A stretch of 64,000 nt of DNA, from positions 32,001 through 96,000 of IMG/VR virus record IMGVR_UViG_3300036761_003779, one strand, 5' to 3'. The stretch comes from a virus. Position numbers and translations under genes: made by a program. The notes beneath the pieces were generated by a model. It had not been told where the DNA came from. It searched no databases and saw only the letters and a list, made by a program, of their open reading frames with translations. Shown in pieces: positions 7,973 to 14,697 of this stretch (positions within the stretch are counted from its first letter, which is position 1; the number at the start of each line of letters is the position of its first letter).

Positions 7973-8452
7973 TCAGAACTTCTTGGCCTCGACCTGCTCC
8001 AGGGAGGCCGGCGGGGGCTCCAGCTTCGGGAGCCGCCGCGCCGCGGGCTTCGCCGCCGGCGGGAGCCGCCGGACCGGCGCCTCGAGCCGCTCCCGCATTG
8101 CCGGCGTTATGACGCGCCGCGCGGTCGCCAGCTGGAGGACCGCCTTGGTCAGCTCCGCCTGCCCGCGCGCCACCTCGTCCCGGAGCTTCTCCGTCCGCGC
8201 CTCGCAGGCCCGCGCCACGGCGTCCAGGTCCGCCCGGCTCGCCCGGGCCCACTCCTGGAGCTGGGTCACCTGCTGCGCGGACTCCGAGTTGACGGCCCGG
8301 ACCGTGTCCCGGGAGGCCGCCTGGCGGCCCTGGATGGCCGCGAAGGCGCCCGGGAGCGCGGCCAGGAGGTAGGCCAGGACGTAGGCCAGCGGACGTCCCC
8401 AGCGCTGTCCCGCGCGCTGTAGCGCGGTGGTCTCCTCGGAGGGCTCAGGCAT
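7973..8452 (-). CDS. Membrane-anchored coiled-coil protein
   Basis: Hydrophobic LAYVLAYLLAALPGAFAAI followed by a heptad-rich helix; overlaps the upstream gene. Confidence 0.6.
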   Translation of the reverse strand: MPEPSEETTALQRAGQRWGRPLAYVLAYLLAALPGAFAAIQGRQAASRDTVRAVNSESAQQVTQLQEWARASRADLDAVARACEARTEKLRDEVARGQAELTKAVLQLATARRVITPAMRERLEAPVRRLPPAAKPAARRLPKLEPPPASLEQVEAKKF

Positions 8453-8846
8453 CCTTCTTCTCCGTTGACGCCAGCAGCGCCGGCGTGATGGCCGGGTAGG
8501 CTTCCCCGGTCCGCTTCCTCCGGAGGTCCGAGACCGCCTCCCGGAGGGTCCCCGCCAGGGTCCGGACCCCCTCGGAGGCCCGGCCCGCCAGGTCCGCGGC
8601 TGCCATGGCCCGGACGTGCCCCCGCCTCGACCGGAGCCCGCGCTGCGCGTTGAGCGCCGCCGCGAGCTGCGCCTCCGTGATCATCCCCCGCCGGACCATC
8701 AGCTCCCCCAGGAGTTCGTCCTGCGACATCCGCTTCTGCTCCTCGAGGACCGCCCGGAGGTCCTCCCGCGTCACCGCCTCCATCTTGACCAGGATCATCC
8801 CGATGGAGAAGACCTCCGTGTTGTCCCGCGGGTCCTGCTTACTCAC
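8445..8846 (-). CDS. Stand-alone MshEN-like (c-di-GMP-binding fold) protein
   Basis: Two tandem 24-aa motifs, SIGMILVKMEAVTREDLRAVLEEQ and LLGELMVRRGMITEAQLAAALNAQ, versus the consensus RLGxxLLxxGLLxxxxLxxxLxxQ. Confidence 0.7.
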   Translation of the reverse strand: MSKQDPRDNTEVFSIGMILVKMEAVTREDLRAVLEEQKRMSQDELLGELMVRRGMITEAQLAAALNAQRGLRSRRGHVRAMAAADLAGRASEGVRTLAGTLREAVSDLRRKRTGEAYPAITPALLASTEKKDA

Positions 8847-9064
8847 TTGAAGCTCCTCCGGAGTTCCTCCAGCTCCTTCAGCGTGTTGGTCATCGTTCCG
8901 TGGACCTCCGCGCTCTGTTTGACCTGCGCCGTCGCCAGCTCGTAGAGCTTGTCCGAGAGCTGAACGGACCGCCGCCAGAGCGTGGTAACCGCGAGGAGGA
9001 GGGCAACGCAGAGGATGCCCCAGGGGGCACCGGACTTGAGCAGACTCGAGAAGAGTGCATCCAA
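8843..9064 (-). CDS. Small single-TM protein, holin-like (BhlA/UviB-like architecture)
   Basis: GAPWGILCVALLLAVTTLW followed by a charged coiled coil; 73 aa. Confidence 0.5.
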   Translation of the reverse strand: MDALFSSLLKSGAPWGILCVALLLAVTTLWRRSVQLSDKLYELATAQVKQSAEVHGTMTNTLKELEELRRSFK

Positions 9065-9190
9065 TTTCGTCTACCTTGCACCTTACAGGTTTCCCTACAA
9101 GAGTAGCGCTGGATCTTCTGAAGGACCGCAGAATTGAGCGGCGAGGGTGAGGTTACCTAGCCGGAGGTCCGGGGGGTTCTGCGCGGCGCT

Positions 9191-9391
9191 CTAGGAATTG
9201 AGCCTGAACGCTTTGACCGCCCTGGCCCTCAGTTCGGCGATGCAGTTGACGCAGAGGGTCGGGGCGGGGGGCGGTCCGGTCCGAACGCAGGCGTGGCACC
9301 CTTCCTTACCGCACTCGCAGACCCGCTTCTCCAGGGCGGACTCGCTCTGGGTTTTGCAGTTTCCGCACTTGTTGTCAGCCCAATTTGGCAT
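9191..9391 (-). CDS. Small Cys-rich zinc-finger-like protein
   Basis: CGNC, CEC, CHAC and CVNC; AAAGGA RBS. Confidence 0.55.
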   Translation of the reverse strand: MPNWADNKCGNCKTQSESALEKRVCECGKEGCHACVRTGPPPAPTLCVNCIAELRARAVKAFRLNS

Positions 9392-9441
9392 TGGTCACGT
9401 CCTTTCAGATTGCTCTCCGGGACCGGCTCCCGGTCTCCGGG

Positions 9442-12288
9442 TTACACCACGTTTCTAGCCTGGACCCTCGCGAGGGAGAAGTTGCTGGGGTCGTTCTTGT
9501 CGGCGGCGGCAACCGCCGCCCAGCCACCCAGAACGGCGGCGGCACCGTCGAACGTGAGGTCCCCGATCGCCGTGCCCGTCAGGGTGATCGCGACCCCGGC
9601 GGTCTCCAGGTACACCTGACTCGCGTCCCGGGCGTAGACCCCGGAGAGGGCGTTCAGGCCCGTGATGGCGCCCTCGAAGTAGACGGTCGAGTTGCGGAGG
9701 TACACCCCGTGCGGGCTTCCGGAGAAGTCGCAGTCCTTGAAGGCCGCCGCCCCTCGGCTCATGTACACGCCGGGACTGGGCGGGGTCACCGAACCCCAGG
9801 GGATGAACCCACCGAAGAAGCTGTCGGAGTTCAGGTTGTAGAAGTCGGAGTAGGCGCCGTTGAAGTCCAGCTCCTTGATCCGGGTGCCGAAGCCGGTGAA
9901 GAACCCCGAGTTGTGCGCGGCGTTGAGGGCAGCGTGGTTGAAGAACCCGCCGTCGATGGTGTGGAAGCCGTCGTTCCACTCGTAGAGGGCGTCGAACATG
10001 GCGGTGACGCCGTCTCCACCCGAACTCCCCACGCCCGCCTGGTTGGCCGGGATCGTGACCGACAGGTCCAGCGTCGCGGGGTCGTACACCGTGAAACCCA
10101 GGGTGGTCCCGCCCTTGCAGAGGATGACCCCAAACCTCCAGATGGTGTACAGGTTCCCCAGGACGCAGGCGGACATCACCACGTCGTTCTTCCCTCCGCG
10201 CCCGCACACGTTGAAGGGCGCGAACCCCGTGAACGTGATCCGCTGGAAAAGAACGGTCCCATCCCCCTCCAGGGCGACCAAGTTGCCGAGGTGGTAGCTG
10301 AAGTCGTAGGGAGCGGGTGCCGTGAGGGCGATCTCGGTCGCAGGCTGGACGATGCGGAACGTGGCCCCGGGACCGGGGTCGACCGAGAAGAGTACAGTCG
10401 GGATGACGGTCGTGGCGATGTTGGCCCGGACGGTGCGGAGGTCCCCGAGCGCCGGACCGCTGGTGATCTCCACCATCAGACCCGTGAACTGGTCCACGGG
10501 GAATGTCAAGGTGGAGAGGCCGATCGACGTCAGGCTGTTGATGTCGGAGACCCAGGGGGAGCCGGCGTTGTCGGCAACCACGGTCAGGCCCGCGCCGCCG
10601 TCGACGAGGATGTGGGCGGTGTCGGCAACGTCCCGCTCGAGGGTGTCGTTCCAGGCCCAGTCGAAGCCGGGACCCTCCAGGTTGACGTGGACGTTGTGCC
10701 GGACGTAGTGGGGGATCTTGGCGTAGACCCCCGCCCTCGTCTGCACCGCCGTGGCCGGCGTCAGCCCGTCGTTGGCGTCGTCCCCCGTGACGCTGTTGGC
10801 GTAGAGTACCATGTCGGCGACGGTTGCGCTGTGGAACCCGGGGTCATTCTTCGTGACGTAAGGGTTGGTCGCGGCGGGGGTTCCATAGCTTCCAGCGAGA
10901 GCCGCCTTCTCCCCAGCGGAGGGATCGTTGGGGGTTCCCGTGAACGTCATCGAGCCGGTGCCAGCCACGTACCCCTCGACGTGGCTGTTGCGGAGCGTGA
11001 CGACGCCGTTGTTCGTGTGGGTTCCTCTCACGAAGCTGTCGTAGGCAAGGAGGGTGAGCCCGGCCGGAACCGTCACCGCGCCGGCCGCGCCCCACCGGCA
11101 CGCCTGCGGGGCCACGGTGTAGAGGGAGGTCCCGCCGATGGCGTACGAGACCGCTCCGCTCTGGAACACGCCGTTGGCGAGCAGCGTGCCGTCCTTGCCG
11201 GTCGACGGGATGGGCAGGGTGTCGTTCATCGTGAGGCTGAGCGCGCCCTGGAGCTGCCCGCCCGCGATGTAGGACCAGGCCACGTTCACGAAGGCGATGG
11301 CGCACTCGCTGTACGGGGTGTCCATCGAGAAGTTGTTCACGCAGGTCACGGCCAGCGTGCCGGTCCCCGTGAACTTGCAGTGGTCCCAGAACACGTCGTT
11401 GAACGCGCTCGCGGGTCCGGCTGGGCCGGTGATGACCACTGGCTTGCTGAAGATGAGCCCGCTCACCAGCAGAGCCTTGAGGTTGCTGTTCAGCGCGGCG
11501 GACTGGAGCGCGTTACCGGCGACCGGGTTGATGGACACGTAGCCGTCGGCCTGGAGCTTGAGGTACTGGAGACCGAGGTGCTCGAGGAGCAGGTTCTCCA
11601 CGTAGATGCCGGAGGCGATCTCGATGACGTGGTAGGCCGCCGAGCCCAGCGCGGCGACCGCGTTGATCGCCGCCTGGATGGTCTTGTACGGTCGCTCGGC
11701 GGACCCGTCGGCGGTGTAGACGTCCGCCCGGCTGCCGTCAACGTGGTGCTTGAACTGCTCCGGGAAGATCGTGTCCAGCTTGGTCCGGTACTCGTTCCCG
11801 GTGGCCGGCGTGCCGTAGGTTCCGGCCAACGCTGCTTTCTCCCCCGCGGTTGGGATCGTCGAAATTGCGTCCGCGCCCCCGTCCTCATGGTCGCTCCCGT
11901 GGGTGTCCGGGATCTGCGGGTCCGCCGCCTGCCCGGAGAGCCCCGCGATCGAGATCTCGTCCGCGCCTCCGTCCTCGTGCGTCGAGGCGTGGAGACCGGG
12001 CGCCGGGCCGGAGACGGTCAGGCCCGGCGTGCTGTACTCCGGTTGACCGTCCCACTCGTAGTCGACGCTGGCGGCCTGCGCCTGGAGCGCCGTGAAGTCC
12101 CCGGCCTCGAGCCCCCCGCTGACGCCGTTGATCGGGTCAACGGTCAGACTTGGGCGAAGCTCCGAGGTGACGTTGACCGCCTGCCCGCGCGCCGGTGGCG
12201 CCGCTGAGGCGGGTATCTTCGGTGCGGATGGTTTCCCGCGCGCCAGTGTCACCCGTGAGCCGGTCTTGTTGAAAGCGTACAGTGCCAT
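9442..12288 (-). CDS. Tailspike/fibre with two beta-helix-like modules
   Basis: Beta-helix cap motifs DGSAERPYKTIQAAINA and GDDANDGLTPATAVQT; repeated HxSxHEDGGADxIS and PxAGEKAALAGxYGTP linkers. Confidence 0.7.
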   Translation of the reverse strand: MALYAFNKTGSRVTLARGKPSAPKIPASAAPPARGQAVNVTSELRPSLTVDPINGVSGGLEAGDFTALQAQAASVDYEWDGQPEYSTPGLTVSGPAPGLHASTHEDGGADEISIAGLSGQAADPQIPDTHGSDHEDGGADAISTIPTAGEKAALAGTYGTPATGNEYRTKLDTIFPEQFKHHVDGSRADVYTADGSAERPYKTIQAAINAVAALGSAAYHVIEIASGIYVENLLLEHLGLQYLKLQADGYVSINPVAGNALQSAALNSNLKALLVSGLIFSKPVVITGPAGPASAFNDVFWDHCKFTGTGTLAVTCVNNFSMDTPYSECAIAFVNVAWSYIAGGQLQGALSLTMNDTLPIPSTGKDGTLLANGVFQSGAVSYAIGGTSLYTVAPQACRWGAAGAVTVPAGLTLLAYDSFVRGTHTNNGVVTLRNSHVEGYVAGTGSMTFTGTPNDPSAGEKAALAGSYGTPAATNPYVTKNDPGFHSATVADMVLYANSVTGDDANDGLTPATAVQTRAGVYAKIPHYVRHNVHVNLEGPGFDWAWNDTLERDVADTAHILVDGGAGLTVVADNAGSPWVSDINSLTSIGLSTLTFPVDQFTGLMVEITSGPALGDLRTVRANIATTVIPTVLFSVDPGPGATFRIVQPATEIALTAPAPYDFSYHLGNLVALEGDGTVLFQRITFTGFAPFNVCGRGGKNDVVMSACVLGNLYTIWRFGVILCKGGTTLGFTVYDPATLDLSVTIPANQAGVGSSGGDGVTAMFDALYEWNDGFHTIDGGFFNHAALNAAHNSGFFTGFGTRIKELDFNGAYSDFYNLNSDSFFGGFIPWGSVTPPSPGVYMSRGAAAFKDCDFSGSPHGVYLRNSTVYFEGAITGLNALSGVYARDASQVYLETAGVAITLTGTAIGDLTFDGAAAVLGGWAAVAAADKNDPSNFSLARVQARNVV

Positions 12289-12334
12289 TCTCAGCCTCTC
12301 TTTTCTTACGTGCTAGGGGCACGTTTTGCGCTGT

Positions 12335-12592
12335 CTAGGTGAGGTTCCCCATCGCGTCCCGCCAGTCGGTCCCGTCGGACCAGTTGGGAGCGCGGTCGTC
12401 CACGTTCCAGATCGAGGAGCCCGGCGGAACCTTGCTCGCGTCCGGTCGCGTTGCGTTGCTGTACACCCGGGCGTTCAGCTCGTTGAGGAGGCGCGGGAGG
12501 GTAAGCCCGATCGGTCGCGAATTTCCGCCCTCCGTGATGCCCTCCCCGCCGGCGAAATGGTTGTCCCTGAGTGGAAAGTTGAACTCTGGCAT
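12335..12592 (-). CDS. Small fibre-associated protein
   Basis: RPDASKVPPGSSIWNVDDRAPNWSDGTDWRD resembles the RP...G...WxDGxxWRD fibre motif; GGAGAG RBS. Confidence 0.5.
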   Translation of the reverse strand: MPEFNFPLRDNHFAGGEGITEGGNSRPIGLTLPRLLNELNARVYSNATRPDASKVPPGSSIWNVDDRAPNWSDGTDWRDAMGNLT

Positions 12593-12674
12593 GAGGATTC
12601 TCTCCGTTTCTAGTGAACCTTGATGTCACAAGTATAGCCACACCCCCGGAACCGCCATGCTCGTAAATGTATCC

Positions 12675-13175
12675 CTAGCGGACCGCGGCCGCCGTCCCAG
12701 CGCAGATCCCGCCGCCAAGGAGGAGGCCCAGGCCCATCGTTAGGTAGCCGGACTTGTACCAGGGTTCGGAGACAGAGAGCCGCTCCAGGGACCGCTCGTA
12801 GAGCGCGGAGCGCCGGAGGAGGTCCCCCTCCAGGGCGGTCCGCTTCTCCCGCTCCGCGGTAAGCGCCGCGTCCGCCGTCTTCACCGTGGCCGCCGCACGC
12901 GCCGCCGCCTCCCGCTTGGCCGCCTCCAGCTCGAGGGCCAGTCGCGCGGCCCGGGCGTCCAGTTCCGCGAGCGTCCTGGCCAGCGCCGCCGGCGTCAGGA
13001 GGATGCCGGCAAACGGCGCCTTCTCCCCGGCCGCTACCATGGCCCGGCGGAGGTCCTCAGCCGCGGGGGGTGGGGTCGCCCCGCCCGAGGGCTCCGCCCA
13101 GGATCTCGTCCAGCCGGCGGAGCAGAGCGTCAGGATCGCCAGCCATGTCACGGTACTTCTGAGCATTGTCCGCAT
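12675..13175 (-). CDS. Signal peptide, coiled-coil and C-terminal TM protein (spanin-like partner)
   Basis: N-terminal hydrophobic WLAILTLC; long Ala-rich coiled coil; C-terminal PWYKS plus TM; starts inside the upstream gene in another frame; GGAGG before ATG 13175. Confidence 0.55.
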   Translation of the reverse strand: MRTMLRSTVTWLAILTLCSAGWTRSWAEPSGGATPPPAAEDLRRAMVAAGEKAPFAGILLTPAALARTLAELDARAARLALELEAAKREAAARAAATVKTADAALTAEREKRTALEGDLLRRSALYERSLERLSVSEPWYKSGYLTMGLGLLLGGGICAGTAAAVR

Positions 13176-13431
13176 CGAGCGCCTCCAGTCTCGTCTTCTT
13201 CCACTCCGCGATGTCACGGATCTCCGCCTCCAGCTCCCGGGCAACCCGCTCCGTCGCCTCCCGCCCCCGCTTCTCCGCGGCCGCCTCCGCCTCCAGGCGG
13301 GTCCGCTCGGAGTCGATCAGGCCGGCGCGGTCCACCGCCGGCGCCGCCTTCTTCCGGAGGAGAAGCCAAAGGCCGAGGAGCACCAGGCCCACGGCCCCGC
13401 CGCCCAGGAGCATCCAGCCCCACCAGGGCAT
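13057..13431 (-). CDS. i-spanin (Rz)-like membrane protein
   Basis: N-terminal TM MPWWGWMLLGGGAVGLVLLGLWLLL plus a charged coiled coil; follows the holin-like gene. Confidence 0.55.
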   Translation of the reverse strand: MPWWGWMLLGGGAVGLVLLGLWLLLRKKAAPAVDRAGLIDSERTRLEAEAAAEKRGREATERVARELEAEIRDIAEWKKTRLEALDADNAQKYRDMAGDPDALLRRLDEILGGALGRGDPTPRG

Positions 13432-13432
13432 C

Positions 13433-14134
13433 TCAGCCCTCCTTCTTGGCCGGCGCGGCCGCCGGCTGGGTGGCCGGGAACATCGCCACCTTTTCCGCGA
13501 TGTCACGGATCTCCGCCTCCCGCCCCCGCTTCTCCGCGGCCGCCTCCGCCGCCGGCGTCGCCTTCGGGACCGCCGGCGCGGCGACCGCCATCGCGGACTC
13601 CGCCTCCGGGATCTTGGCCAGGATGAGGGCGCGGAGCTTCTCCTTGGCCTTCTCGGACCCCATCAGCTTGGCGTCCACGCTCCGGATCAGGTCGAAGGCC
13701 CACTCCTCCTTCTGCGCGCCCGTGCTCTTAGGCTTCCCCTCCCCGAGGGCGGTCGACGCCTTCTTCTCCGCGTACAGCGCCGCCTTCCCGGCCAGGCTGT
13801 CTAGAGTCGCCAGGTCCACCTTGATCCCCAGCTTCCGCAGGAGCAGGAACCCGAGCGCGGAGATGACCGGGACGAAGATGGCGAGCGCCGCGATCAGGAG
13901 GTCCACGAGGAGGGACTGCCACCAGCTCTGCTCCCCGGCCGCCTTGGGCGCCTCCGCCGCCGGCGTCGCCTTCGGGACCGCCGGCGCGGCCGCCGGCTGG
14001 GTGGCCGGGATCATCGCCACCTTTCCCTCGACCTTCAGTACCGCCGCCGGCTTGGCATCCGGCGCCGCGTTGGCCGCCGGCGCCGCGGCGATAAGGAGGG
14101 ACAGAATGGTCAGGACTACCAGCTTGCGTCTCAT
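13433..14134 (-). CDS. Holin-like protein (LL-H-like core) with signal peptide and Ala/Pro-rich arms
   Basis: TM LLIAALAIFVPVISALGFLLL followed by AALYAEK...GAQKEEWA; AAGGAG RBS before ATG 14134. Confidence 0.5.
   Translation of the reverse strand: MRRKLVVLTILSLLIAAAPAANAAPDAKPAAVLKVEGKVAMIPATQPAAAPAVPKATPAAEAPKAAGEQSWWQSLLVDLLIAALAIFVPVISALGFLLLRKLGIKVDLATLDSLAGKAALYAEKKASTALGEGKPKSTGAQKEEWAFDLIRSVDAKLMGSEKAKEKLRALILAKIPEAESAMAVAAPAVPKATPAAEAAAEKRGREAEIRDIAEKVAMFPATQPAAAPAKKEG
13449..13582. repeat. Mosaic of four segments copied from neighbouring sequence
   Basis: 13449-13493 = 13980-14024 (44/45); 13494-13520 = 13205-13231; 13514-13550 = 13255-13291; 13541-13582 = 13949-13990. Confidence 0.9.
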
Positions 14135-14157
14135 GCGAGTTCTCCTTGTCTGGGGGT

Positions 14158-14391
14158 TCATGTCGACTCCCCGTAGGGCGGGTTGGGGGAGAGGTCTGCC
14201 TCGGCAAACGCCGTCCGGTCCTCCACCAGCCCGCGCCGGTTCTCCGCGTCCTTGACGTACTCGACCGTGACCCCGCGCCGGCACTGCGCGACGATGGTCA
14301 CTGCATGGCCCGTCAAGAGCGGGTCGTCTCCGAGGACTGGGGGGTCCCCGGTCCAGCGCTTCACGTTCACGTCCTTGCTCAGTGCGGCCAT
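14158..14391 (-). CDS. Hypothetical protein
   Basis: GGAGGT RBS; tiles with its neighbours. Confidence 0.5.
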   Translation of the reverse strand: MAALSKDVNVKRWTGDPPVLGDDPLLTGHAVTIVAQCRRGVTVEYVKDAENRRGLVEDRTAFAEADLSPNPPYGEST

Positions 14392-14405
14392 ATGGCCACC
14401 TCCTC

Positions 14406-14693
14406 TCAGGTCACGTCGCCGTTGAAGGCGGTCCACTCCCAGAGCTTCACCCCGCCGCTCCAGCCCGACACGGGCGCGTAGATGGAGATCGGCGGGTCCC
14501 AGGTCAGGTGTTTCCCCGCCTTCTTGAAATGAGCCGGGTGCGCCGGAACGCCCTTCAGCCGGACCTCGTAGTCGTCCGGGAGGTCGTCCTTCACCGTGTG
14601 TTTGACCACCGTCCCGCGCTGCCCATGTCTCGTGGACTTCCCCGGCCCCGCCTCGAGGACCCGGGCGTCCAGCGCCTTCTCCGGCCTTGCCAT
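14406..14693 (-). CDS. Hypothetical protein
   Basis: AAGGAG RBS; ATG directly after the fibre gene stop. Confidence 0.5.
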   Translation of the reverse strand: MARPEKALDARVLEAGPGKSTRHGQRGTVVKHTVKDDLPDDYEVRLKGVPAHPAHFKKAGKHLTWDPPISIYAPVSGWSGGVKLWEWTAFNGDVT

Positions 14694-14697
14694 CTGT

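Noticed and set aside
13205-14024. Diversity-generating retroelement TR/VR pair
   Set aside because: The copies are short and nearly identical (one mismatch), and no reverse transcriptase is in the window.
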